Origin: a virus
IMG/VR virus record: IMGVR_UViG_3300018080_005419
DNA: 64,000 bases
Reading direction: 5' to 3' (one strand)
In this document: positions 38,256 through 46,842 of the stretch, one piece after another
Layout: each line of letters opens with the position of its first letter
Numbering within the stretch: position 1 is the first letter of the stretch
Notes under the pieces: model-generated
Seen by the model: the letters and a program-made list of their open reading frames with translations, nothing else
Database searches by the model: none
What the model was told of the DNA's origin: nothing
Position numbers and translations under genes: made by a program

Positions 38256-39647
38256 TTATTTAATAATTATTCGTTTGCCTGTTAGATTGGATAAATATTG
38301 TAGTGCATCGTTAATAGAAGCCATTTCAAACATTTTTTGTTGCCCTTTGGACTCGGCTAATTCTCTAAAAGGATCAGGATATTTTTCTTTAAGTCTTTGT
38401 TTGTCAGGATGTTTGCTAAGTTCATCTATGTTTATTTTTTGATTTGTCATTAATTTGAATTCTAATGGATCTTTAACTAAATCTTCTGCATAATCAGGAC
38501 CATATTCATTAAAAATATATTGTAAAGTTGGAATATCTTCTTTAAATCCTTCAGTCAAAAGTTTAACAATTGGTTTCATTTCACTTTCTGTCATTTTTGT
38601 ATTGCCAGCATTATTAAATTCAATACCCTGTCCTGTTCCTGGAATTGGTATTTGCATATATTCACCATCATCATCATAATAAATTTGTTCCAGATTTTCT
38701 TTTATTTCGCTTTCGTCAGGCTCATATTCTTCTATTAGTTCATCTTTAACCTCATCTACTTCTTCAGGATGATCTTCTATCCATTCCTCAAAAGTATATT
38801 CTTCCTCTTCTCCTTCTTCTAGTTCTGCTTTTTCACTCTCTCTGTATTCTAAATAATCATCATATCTGTCTTGTAATTTTTGATCAATATCATATTCATC
38901 AGGTTCGTAATGTTCTTTCAACCTCTCAATAACTCCATCTTCATAATCATATCCATAGTTATTTAACCATTCATCAAAATCTATTTTTTCTGTTTCTAGC
39001 ATTCCTTCTACATTCAAAAGTGCATATAATTTATTCCCTTTAGTAATAAGATAAAATGGAGGATCATATCTACGAAACCAATCTTCATCTCGAACACACC
39101 ATTTACCAGCTTGAATCGTATCAAAAGTCTCATCATAATCATCTATTCTAAACAATCTATATTTACCGTTAGATGATAATAACTTTTCATCCATATGACT
39201 AAATAAATCTTCTAGTCTGGGACGTTTATTTTTAAGATTTTCCATAAAATTAGATAGTCCCCTCAAGCCTCTTTCTATAATGTGTTTCATTTTATTTTCG
39301 TTCATTACTTCTGGAACTTGTTTTTGCTTCATAGACATGTATTCTTTTAAAATGGGCTTAGCTTCATCAAGTTCTTCTGGTTTAACTTTATCCTTTTTAA
39401 TCCATTCAATAAGCTGTTTTATAAATTTACCGTCAATTCTTGTATTTTCATCTAACTTTGCAGGTGGGTTTTTAACAGTGGGGTCAGCTTGTATAATTCT
39501 TAAAAATAAGTCGTCAGAATATTTGTCTTCTAACATCTTTTGGCCAAGTTCCATTGTGAATTTCTTGGCAATAATAATTCTACTATCAGTTAATTCTGCT
39601 AGATATTGTATAGCATCAAATTCAGAAGAAAATCTTAATCTTGACAT
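38256..39647 (-). CDS. Doubly tagged KWC-motif protein with acidic insert
   Basis: Tag at both termini; GKWCVRD motif; D/E-rich middle; paralogue of 43642. Confidence 0.8.
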   Translation of the reverse strand: MSRLRFSSEFDAIQYLAELTDSRIIIAKKFTMELGQKMLEDKYSDDLFLRIIQADPTVKNPPAKLDENTRIDGKFIKQLIEWIKKDKVKPEELDEAKPILKEYMSMKQKQVPEVMNENKMKHIIERGLRGLSNFMENLKNKRPRLEDLFSHMDEKLLSSNGKYRLFRIDDYDETFDTIQAGKWCVRDEDWFRRYDPPFYLITKGNKLYALLNVEGMLETEKIDFDEWLNNYGYDYEDGVIERLKEHYEPDEYDIDQKLQDRYDDYLEYRESEKAELEEGEEEEYTFEEWIEDHPEEVDEVKDELIEEYEPDESEIKENLEQIYYDDDGEYMQIPIPGTGQGIEFNNAGNTKMTESEMKPIVKLLTEGFKEDIPTLQYIFNEYGPDYAEDLVKDPLEFKLMTNQKINIDELSKHPDKQRLKEKYPDPFRELAESKGQQKMFEMASINDALQYLSNLTGKRIIIK

Positions 39648-39780
39648 TTTAAACTGACTCCTTTCTCTATTAGTTTTAGGAAATTATAAAATTTTTCTGA
39701 AAATTCTTGGTTTCTGACTTGTCTATGCAGATATGTCAGCTATAATAATCAAGACTACATATTGCATCCAGGACATATAA

Positions 39781-41112
39781 ATGACTATAACAAAACAAGA
39801 ACGAAGAAAATTTAAAAAAGAAATGGAGAGAAAAGAAGAGGAAATCAAAGCCTCTCTTGCCAGGAAAATCAAGCCTAAAAAATCCAATAAGGATGAAGAA
39901 ATTAAAGAGGTAGTCTATAATAAGTTTTGCGAACCCACTCGTAAATTTTGTTTAAATCATCCTCTATATTGCACTTACAGAAACATAAAATACGATCAAG
40001 ATAAAAAACTGTGGTATAAATATCAAAATCAAGCTCTTGAGAAACTACTTCATACCTGTTTTGATTTAGAATTAATGTATGATGAAAAATGCTGCAAATG
40101 TCTCCCAAAAATAGCACTTTATTGTCAAGACTGGATGCGAAACTTAGAAGACTGGAAACCCAAAACTCATAATAGACATCGACAAATTGCACATCTTTTG
40201 CGTTGGCTTTTTGTAAAATATGACATGCCACTTTTTATGGACACTGCATGGTACGAACAAAAGCAAAATAAATATATCTCTTGGTATATCGATATTGGAA
40301 AAGGAGGAAGTGTATATAAAACATTAAAGCCTTATAATATGACAAGAAAAATGGCTCACCTGTTTGTCCAGTCTCCTAAAGATCTTTCCATTACTGAAGC
40401 TTTGCGATGGACTCAAACTCTAGCATATGGAGGCGATCAAAAAATTGCTCATGCTATTGTCAAAAGTGAACTGCCCATATTGGATCTGAAATTCCCATTT
40501 TGGATGGAGCTAATTCATTTGTTTGCTAGAAGCCCAATGATGGATGCGGCACAAATTGGACCTGTTGTGGATTATGTCAGATTTCAAAAAGCACAAAATG
40601 ATGAATATACTTTAAAAGGGAGAACAATCAATTCTCTCATCAAGCACACAGAAGATTGGCATCAAGGATTAGTTAGAGAAAGAAGGGTCAAGGGGAAATG
40701 TTGGGAGGGCATATGTCTGCCTGATTGGAAACACATTGAAGGCAAAAGTCATCCTAATGAAGATGAAAATGCACTTAACAAAAAACAAACTGTATATAAA
40801 ATTGTACAGATTTTGAACGGAAAAGAATTAGCAGAAGAAGGTAGATCTATGTGCCATTGTGTTTATTCTTATAGCTATTCGTGCGAAAGAGGACAAAGCT
40901 CAATTTGGTCCTTAAGAAAAAATGCATGGGAAGAAGCACGGCAAGAAAGAGTAACTAGAAGACTTTTAACAATCGAAGTTAGAAATCGTGATAATACTAT
41001 ATCCCAAGTAAGAGGAAAATATAACAGAACACCTAATGGTAAAGAGATTTTTTTGTTGAAAAAATGGGCTGAGGAAGCTAGACTTAGAATTAATGCTTTT
41101 GGAGTTAGATGA
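39781..41112 (+). CDS. PcfJ-like domain protein
   Basis: ELAEEGRSMCHCVYSY..SSIWSLR..TIEVR..QVRGKYN. Confidence 0.8.
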   Translation: MTITKQERRKFKKEMERKEEEIKASLARKIKPKKSNKDEEIKEVVYNKFCEPTRKFCLNHPLYCTYRNIKYDQDKKLWYKYQNQALEKLLHTCFDLELMYDEKCCKCLPKIALYCQDWMRNLEDWKPKTHNRHRQIAHLLRWLFVKYDMPLFMDTAWYEQKQNKYISWYIDIGKGGSVYKTLKPYNMTRKMAHLFVQSPKDLSITEALRWTQTLAYGGDQKIAHAIVKSELPILDLKFPFWMELIHLFARSPMMDAAQIGPVVDYVRFQKAQNDEYTLKGRTINSLIKHTEDWHQGLVRERRVKGKCWEGICLPDWKHIEGKSHPNEDENALNKKQTVYKIVQILNGKELAEEGRSMCHCVYSYSYSCERGQSSIWSLRKNAWEEARQERVTRRLLTIEVRNRDNTISQVRGKYNRTPNGKEIFLLKKWAEEARLRINAFGVR

Positions 41113-41375
41113 AAAAGGGAGAGAACACGATGAAGGTCTTATTTGGTTTATGTACGATTGGTCCTGAATGTGAGGTGATAATGAAAGCTGGGCATGGAAA
41201 AGGAAGTGCCGCTATAAAAAATGTAAATACTGGCCAAGAAAAGATTATTATGATTCCGTTTATGGAAATAGGTGTAGATGAAGCACAAAATCAAGAAGAA
41301 GAACTTACATTGCTTAAAAAGGAATGTTATAAGCTTATTGATGATATACTAGAAGAAGCAGCACAGAAAGAATAA
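41109..41375 (+). CDS. Hypothetical protein
   Basis: ORF in operon. Confidence 0.65.
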   Translation: MKKGENTMKVLFGLCTIGPECEVIMKAGHGKGSAAIKNVNTGQEKIIMIPFMEIGVDEAQNQEEELTLLKKECYKLIDDILEEAAQKE

Positions 41376-41378
41376 AGA

Positions 41379-41693
41379 ATGCCTATTTGTGCTTTATGCG
41401 ATAGAGATGTTGATGAAACAACTGAACATCATCTTATTCCGAAAACACGACATAAGAACAAGAAGAATAAGAAATTGTTTACAAGAGAAGAAGTTAAAGA
41501 GAGAAAAATATCCGTTTGTAGACCATGCCATGATAATATTCACGCTTTATTTTCAGAAAAAGTGTTGGCAAGAGAATATAATACTCTTGAAAAATTAGAG
41601 AATCATCCTAGTATTATCAAGTTCACAAATTGGATTAAAAATAAACCAATAGATACAAATATTCCAAACAGAAGAAATAAAGGAAGAAGATAA
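41379..41693 (+). CDS. Small HNH endonuclease-like protein
   Basis: CALC..TEHHLIP..CRPCHDNIH. Confidence 0.75.
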   Translation: MPICALCDRDVDETTEHHLIPKTRHKNKKNKKLFTREEVKERKISVCRPCHDNIHALFSEKVLAREYNTLEKLENHPSIIKFTNWIKNKPIDTNIPNRRNKGRR

Positions 41694-41977
41694 TGTCTAC
41701 AGAAAAACTAAAAAGATTAGAAGCTCAAGCTAACCAACATTTGAAGAAAATTGAGTGGATGGAAAAGAAACATATGCCAGAAAGAGCAATTGAAAAAGAA
41801 AGAGATCTATTAGCCGATATAGATGTAGAAATTGCTCTAGAAGTACATTTAAATCCTCCTGACGACACTCCAGAAGAACAACTAAAGAAGAGCATTAAAA
41901 AGGTAGCTAATGATTTGAAAACACTGTCAAACTTCAATAAATTAGGAAGGGCTCTTAGAAACCTCTTTGATCAATAA
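41693..41977 (+). CDS. Hypothetical protein
   Basis: ORF in operon. Confidence 0.65.
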   Translation: MSTEKLKRLEAQANQHLKKIEWMEKKHMPERAIEKERDLLADIDVEIALEVHLNPPDDTPEEQLKKSIKKVANDLKTLSNFNKLGRALRNLFDQ

Positions 41978-41991
41978 AAAGGAGAAGAGTA

Positions 41992-42171
41992 ATGAAGAAT
42001 GTTGAAATGAATGTGGACGGAGATGAATTAACTATTAAAATCGATTTATCTCAGGATTTCGGACCTTCAAAATCTGGCAAAACCATTATCGTAGCATCAA
42101 CAGAAGGAAATATTGCTATTCCAGAAACAGAAATGAAAATTGGAATGAACATATTTAAGCCCAAGAAATAA
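41992..42171 (+). CDS. Conserved 59-aa hypothetical protein
   Basis: Not in the track: MKNVEMNVDGDELTIKIDLSQDFGPSKSGKTIIVASTEGN...; AAGGAG RBS. Confidence 0.8.
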   Translation: MKNVEMNVDGDELTIKIDLSQDFGPSKSGKTIIVASTEGNIAIPETEMKIGMNIFKPKK

Positions 42172-42184
42172 AGGAGATTTATAT

Positions 42185-42322
42185 ATGATTTCCACTCGAA
42201 GAAAAAAGCTCAAGAGAAAGTCAAGAAGAAATCGCAAAGACAAAGAAAAACAATTAAAGAACAAAGAAGCAAGATCGGCCAAACGAAAAGCATACAATCT
42301 AAAATATAAATCTAAGAAATAA
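42185..42322 (+). CDS. 45-aa very basic peptide
   Basis: Not in the track: MISTRRKKLKRKSRRNRKDKEKQLKNKEARSAKRKAYNLKYKSKK; AAGGAG RBS. Confidence 0.65.
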   Translation: MISTRRKKLKRKSRRNRKDKEKQLKNKEARSAKRKAYNLKYKSKK

Positions 42323-42354
42323 AAGAAGATATATTATTTTTGAATTAAATTGAA

Positions 42355-42383
42355 TAACATCCTCTTTAGATAGGAGGATGTTA
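42355..42383 (+). promoter_or_regulatory. RBS-sequestering hairpin
   Basis: TAACATCCTC (42355-42364) pairs perfectly with GAGGATGTTA (42374-42383), which covers most of the AGGAGG RBS of the exonuclease gene. Confidence 0.7.
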
Positions 42384-42388
42384 AGAAA

Positions 42389-43228
42389 ATGCCTAGTCGT
42401 ATATATAGAATAGCCAAAAGACTTATTGTTTCGGCAGCATTAACCGGCATTACAGATCCACGCCAATTATTTGAAGAACTGTCAGGAAGCGATATAGTAT
42501 TCTTTGATGTAGAAACAACAGGTTTAGATCAACACGAAAAACAAATAATCGAAATTGCAGCTATTCGTGTAGATGGTAGTACATTAAGAGAAAAAGACAA
42601 GTTACATAAAAAGATAAAGCTCACCCAAAAAACTCTAAAACAAATTCAAGAACAAAAAGAAAATCCCTCAACTCTCAAAAAAGGAGAATGGGGCGTAGAA
42701 AAAGTATTAGAATATACCAGATATAATAAGCTGAATCTACCCGAAGAAGAAGAAATAAAAGTCCTAGAGGAATTTAAGGAGTTCTGTGAAAAAAGCAATG
42801 CATATTTAGTGGCACATAATGCTAAATTTGATTTAAAAATGATAGGAACAAGAATCGGTAAAATTAAGAACCTCAAAGTCTATGATACAATGATGTTTGC
42901 CCGATTTTTCTTCATTCCTTCTTTAACTGCGCTATCAAAAGCAGGAGACGAAGAAGCCACCGATCTTCTTGAGAAAATGAAAACGTCAAAAGGAAAAGTG
43001 AGTTCTGGGCTTGTTTATTTAGGAAAAGGGTTAGGCATAGATGTTTCACAAGCCCATAGTGCTTTAGCCGATGTACAAACTACTATCAAGGTTTTTAAGG
43101 GAATTGTCGATCATTTTGAAAATAAGGCAGAGAGTTTAGAATCAGAAGAATATGAGAAGGGGAGACAAAAAGCAATTATGAAAGAAAGGTTCTACAAACA
43201 ATTAGATAAGAAGAAAAAGAAGCGTTAG
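42389..43228 (+). CDS. DEDDh 3-prime to 5-prime exonuclease (DnaQ/PolC-epsilon-like) with N-terminal RIYRIA motif
   Basis: FFDVETTGL, IIEIAA, VAHNAKFD, DT, AHSALADV. Confidence 0.9.
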   Translation: MPSRIYRIAKRLIVSAALTGITDPRQLFEELSGSDIVFFDVETTGLDQHEKQIIEIAAIRVDGSTLREKDKLHKKIKLTQKTLKQIQEQKENPSTLKKGEWGVEKVLEYTRYNKLNLPEEEEIKVLEEFKEFCEKSNAYLVAHNAKFDLKMIGTRIGKIKNLKVYDTMMFARFFFIPSLTALSKAGDEEATDLLEKMKTSKGKVSSGLVYLGKGLGIDVSQAHSALADVQTTIKVFKGIVDHFENKAESLESEEYEKGRQKAIMKERFYKQLDKKKKKR

Positions 43229-43638
43229 TATTTTGACTCGTACACTTTTTCAACAATCATTACTGGAATTTTATCTGCCCCGAGAGCTTTTGCTGCTGTT
43301 GCTCTATGATGTCCTTCTTGTCCTTTTCTGGCATAATCCAAATAAAGCATTGGAAATCTGTCGCCATTTTGCATATCTTCTATGTATTTTTGAACTAATT
43401 TTTGATCAAGTCTGTGCTCCATGCTTTGAGGATTAGATCCAAAAAGATCTTGAACCTTTTGTATATAATCATCGGGGCTCATCCATTCAATTTTAAATTT
43501 TCTATTCTTTTTGTCTTTGAAATATTCTGGCAGTTTCATCATATCGTCATAGTCAGTTTGATTGGTCGTATCTGTTTTCCAATTGATTTTTGTTGTACTA
43601 CTAATTAAAAGATTAGCAATTCTAAGCGTTCTTCTCAT
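43225..43638 (-). CDS. ParB/Srx-like domain protein with N-terminal LRIA motif
   Basis: FPMLYLD..QEGHHRATAA..IPVMIV. Confidence 0.7.
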   Translation of the reverse strand: MRRTLRIANLLISSTTKINWKTDTTNQTDYDDMMKLPEYFKDKKNRKFKIEWMSPDDYIQKVQDLFGSNPQSMEHRLDQKLVQKYIEDMQNGDRFPMLYLDYARKGQEGHHRATAAKALGADKIPVMIVEKVYESKY

Positions 43639-43641
43639 ATT

Positions 43642-45267
43642 TTATTCCACAGGCACAGATTCAATCCCACCTTCCTTAACCATCTCATAGAACTTCCTTT
43701 TTCCTGCCAATCCTGAAAATAGCTTTCTATTAATATCGATAGGATGCATATAGGCCGTTCCTAATTTGTCTAAAGCATGCATAAATTCATCTTCATTTTG
43801 AGCTTCTTCTACAAGTTCAGCAAGCTTTTTCAGAGATGCTTCTAGTTTGCTTGTTTTAGGAGCTTTTGGATTTGATGGTTCTAAAAAACTTTGAGAACTA
43901 GGAGCACTAACATCTCTTTCCATGATTTTTTGCATAGCTTTAGAGACATCGATTGTAGGTGTACTTATTTTAATACGTTTTCCTGTTAAATCAGCTAAAT
44001 ATTGAATTGCTTTATCTACACTGGAAAATAGAACTTGTTGACCGTAATGCTCTTTTAGCTCTTTGAAATATTTAGGATAAGATTTTTCAAGATATTTGAG
44101 TCTTTTCTTGCTTAACTTTCCTAATGTGCCCTTTTGAAGCATTGTATTATGATATATAGTTCTTTCAATGTCGTCGCCTAAAAGAAATTGAATATCCTTC
44201 CAGGGAGTGTTGTTTGCTACTCTTTCAACATTAATATAAATGCTCCAAGATCCATCATAATCTTGTTCCCATTCCCAATATAAGCTGTTATCTTCAGCTA
44301 CTTCTTCAAAAAGCTCGAAAAGATCTTTTGCGCCTATATCTCCTATATCTAATTCTTCATCATACCCTTCTTGCATATCTTCTACTTTATCTTCAAACTT
44401 ATTCTCAAGCGCTTTAACATAATCATCCTGTGCCCAACTATCCCATGCATCTCTCTCATAATCTCTTTGTTGTTCATAAGGAGGCTCATTACTTCTATAA
44501 TTTTCATATGCATTAGATCTTTCAAATGCTCTCTCTAAATCTAACTTTTCTATTAAAGGCATTAGTTCGTCTATTTCATCGGCTTCTATAGGATCATTTG
44601 TGACATTATTAAACATTTCATCACTAGGACTAAATAGAGCATAATAGCTTCTATTTGGTTTTGTGAACAGCCATAGGGGTTTATAGCCTTCATAATTATC
44701 TTGTTCATTTACACACCATTTAGTTTGATGTGCGAATAATGGTTGTCCCTCTTCTTCCCAACTTCCATCAATTAAATAAGCGTGATATCCATTTAAAACC
44801 AAGTCGGGAGTTTTAAGTATTTGTTCTCTCTTATCGTTTGCCAATTCTTCTTCTGTGTCTTCAATAAAGCTAATGAGATCTGCACCCTTTTGGAAATCCT
44901 TTAACTTTTTAGATGTTTTGCCTTTTCCTCTTAGATTGTTTAGCTTTCTTATTGCATCTTTAATTTCTTCTTTTCTATAAACATTAGACATATATGGAGG
45001 ATTATCAAAATACCACTCTAAAAGAATATGAATAGATTTAACACTCTTCTTTAAATTGCCATCAAATTTTGGATCTATACGAGCAATTTCAACGATTTCT
45101 TGTTGTACTCTATGATCTTCCCAATTTTTAGATATACTCACGCGCTTTCTAAATCTTTCTACTAATTCAGGCATTAGGTCTTCAAGAGATTTAGCAATAA
45201 GAATCCGGCTACCTGTTAAATTAGCTAGATATTGAAAAGCCAAATTAGCATTGGAAAATTTTAGCAT
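43642..45267 (-). CDS. Doubly tagged KWC-motif protein with acidic region
   Basis: Tag at the N-terminus and near residue 415; TKWCVNE motif; paralogue of 38256. Confidence 0.8.
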   Translation of the reverse strand: MLKFSNANLAFQYLANLTGSRILIAKSLEDLMPELVERFRKRVSISKNWEDHRVQQEIVEIARIDPKFDGNLKKSVKSIHILLEWYFDNPPYMSNVYRKEEIKDAIRKLNNLRGKGKTSKKLKDFQKGADLISFIEDTEEELANDKREQILKTPDLVLNGYHAYLIDGSWEEEGQPLFAHQTKWCVNEQDNYEGYKPLWLFTKPNRSYYALFSPSDEMFNNVTNDPIEADEIDELMPLIEKLDLERAFERSNAYENYRSNEPPYEQQRDYERDAWDSWAQDDYVKALENKFEDKVEDMQEGYDEELDIGDIGAKDLFELFEEVAEDNSLYWEWEQDYDGSWSIYINVERVANNTPWKDIQFLLGDDIERTIYHNTMLQKGTLGKLSKKRLKYLEKSYPKYFKELKEHYGQQVLFSSVDKAIQYLADLTGKRIKISTPTIDVSKAMQKIMERDVSAPSSQSFLEPSNPKAPKTSKLEASLKKLAELVEEAQNEDEFMHALDKLGTAYMHPIDINRKLFSGLAGKRKFYEMVKEGGIESVPVE

Positions 45268-45725
45268 TATTCTTCCTCGTCTGGATCTGGAGCTAAATTT
45301 TTTCCAGCTTTAATTGAATCGAAAATAATCTTACCTTCTTCAGGAGACTCACCTTTAGGATGGAAGCTAAGGGTTTTCTCTTCTCCACGTTCAAAAAATG
45401 CTCTGTCGTGAATTGGGTCTACTGTACTGTACCAAACGCCTTCATGAAATTGACTGCTTGATGGTTCTGCTGCACCTTCTTTCAACATATAATCAATCAT
45501 CTCATATAAAGAATCAAATTCCATATCTTTATGCTCAAATCCAGTTTCGGCATAATCTCCTGCTCTTGCTGATTCTTCAGTTACAATCTGATATGTGACA
45601 TCAAGTTTAAAATCTTGGAAAAGAGTCTGCTGTCCATCGTATGCAGCAATAATAACTTTCTTACCCGTCATATCAGAAAGGTGTTGAATTGCTTCTTGTT
45701 CACTGCTAAAATTGAGTTCACGCAT
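45267..45725 (-). CDS. Tagged hypothetical protein
   Basis: MRELNFSSEQEAIQHLSDMTGKKVIIAAYDGQQTLF. Confidence 0.8.
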   Translation of the reverse strand: MRELNFSSEQEAIQHLSDMTGKKVIIAAYDGQQTLFQDFKLDVTYQIVTEESARAGDYAETGFEHKDMEFDSLYEMIDYMLKEGAAEPSSSQFHEGVWYSTVDPIHDRAFFERGEEKTLSFHPKGESPEEGKIIFDSIKAGKNLAPDPDEEE

Positions 45726-45863
45726 TGTTTAATCTCCTTATTTGCCTTCTACACAATATACTCCAAATATTCAAAAATATTAAAATACATATAACTACTT
45801 AGAAATAAAACAATTAAATATTTTTAAAAAGATATGAAATTTTTGGAGGGAGTTTTGTTTATA

Positions 45864-46043
45864 TTATTTAGAAAGGATCTCGATAGGATATGTTTTTAAG
45901 AGGCAAACTGTACAAATAGTTCCGTCTTCGCACATTTGGTCGAAAATTTCGTTGATCTTTTTCTTTGTTAATCTTTTGCAATCAAGAGGGATTGTTTCTT
46001 TGTGTCCGCATTGAAGTTTGAAAGTTATTGATTTCTGTGCCAT
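45864..46043 (-). CDS. 59-aa Zn-finger-like peptide
   Basis: Not in the track: MAQKSITFKLQCGHKE...ICTVCLLK... Confidence 0.55.
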   Translation of the reverse strand: MAQKSITFKLQCGHKETIPLDCKRLTKKKINEIFDQMCEDGTICTVCLLKTYPIEILSK

Positions 46044-46076
46044 AATAGGTTAAACTCTCTTTCTAAAAAGATAAAA

Positions 46077-46148
46077 GCGCCCGTCGTCCAATGGTTAGGG
46101 CTCAGATCTCTAAAATCTGTTATAGGAGTTCGATTCTCCTCGGGCGCA
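46077..46148 (+). tRNA. Amber suppressor tRNA (anticodon CUA)
   Basis: Cloverleaf: acceptor GCGCCCG/CGGGCGC, D arm GTCC-AATGGTTA-GGGC, anticodon stem CAGAT/ATCTG with loop CT-CTA-AA (anticodon 46110-46112), 4-nt variable loop, T arm AGGAG-TTCGATT-CTCCT, discriminator A; CCA not encoded (CTA follows). Confidence 0.9.
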
Positions 46149-46188
46149 CTAATATTATCAAAGAATCAAACTTTTTCAAATAGTTTTC

Positions 46189-46217
46189 TTGACAAACGAA
46201 GGAATATAGAGCATAAT
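46189..46217 (+). promoter_or_regulatory. Sigma70 promoter
   Basis: TTGACA, 17-bp spacer, CATAAT. Confidence 0.8.
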
Positions 46218-46222
46218 AGACA

Positions 46223-46325
46223 ATACTTGCAACTGGCTTGAATGGTAGATACGGAAGCCATAGGATATGTGACCCCGTACTATATTCTGAAAAGAACGAA
46301 TCAAGGTCATCCCCAGTGCAAGTGT
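46223..46325 (+). ncRNA. Candidate structured leader RNA of the Pth-like gene
   Basis: ATACTTGCA(A)CTGG pairs with CCAGTGCAAGTGT; inner GGCTT/AAGCC and GGAT..GACC/GGTCATCC stems; starts at the predicted TSS. Confidence 0.5.
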
Positions 46326-46342
46326 TCAGAAAAGGAAAAGAA

Positions 46343-46669
46343 ATGACCTAGGTAAAACACTGGAACTATATTCTCCTCCGTACTGATCTTCCAATAGATC
46401 AACAAATCGTCCAATCCGCCCATGCAGCTTATGAGGCGGCTTTATATTTGGACCAACCTCGCTCTCCTGTTAATTCCTTGGTTATTTGTGCTGTGCCTAA
46501 TGAAAACGCTCTGCTAAAAGAGTATGAGCGTTTGGCATCCTATAATATCGATTCAATTCTATTTCAAGAGCCAGATAGAAACAATGAAGCAACGGCATTT
46601 TGCACAGAGCCGATTTCTAAAAAGAAGAGGAAGTTATTTTCAAAATGGAAACTTTGGAAGGAGAAATGA
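46343..46669 (+). CDS. PTH2-like peptidyl-tRNA hydrolase with in-frame TAG at codon 3
   Basis: ATG ACC TAG GTA AAA CAC TGG AAC TAT ATT CTC CTC CGT ACT GAT CTT gives MT*VKHWNYILLRTDLPIDQQIVQSAHAA..LVICAVPNENAL..FQEPDRNNEATAFCTEPI; in frame with track ORF 46448..46669; the conserved N-terminal motifs lie upstream of the track start. Confidence 0.75.
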
Positions 46670-46670
46670 A

Positions 46671-46778
46671 ATGCGTTAGGCAAAAGCTCGTGGACCTCCT
46701 TTTTGGATTTCAGAAATGGCTTTAGGGCTAGTTTGTAGCAAGTTTAATTTAAGTACTTTGTTAATCTTAAACTTGTAA
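46671..46778 (+). CDS. Minigene ATG-CGT-TAG; read-through 35-aa peptide MR*AKARGPPFWISEM...
   Basis: AAGGAG RBS (46658-46663) 7 nt before the ATG; TAG at 46677-46679. Confidence 0.45.
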
Positions 46779-46842
46779 TAATTCTTAAAAACAGTTTTGT
46801 CAGAAAAAGATATACAAATTTCTGTCAAAAAGGAGAATCAAA

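Noticed and set aside
46077-46148. tRNA-Pyl
   Set aside because: It has a canonical 5-bp anticodon stem, D-loop GG and TTCGA T-loop, unlike tRNA-Pyl, and no pylS/pylBCD is in the window. The charged amino acid could not be assigned: the acceptor stem looks Arg-like but A20 is absent.
46797-46834. Inverted repeat TTTTGTCAGAAA / TTTCTGTCAAAA, with similar half-sites near 39700 and 56695, as an operator family
   Set aside because: One mismatch and AT-rich arms; the other copies are too degenerate to support without statistics.
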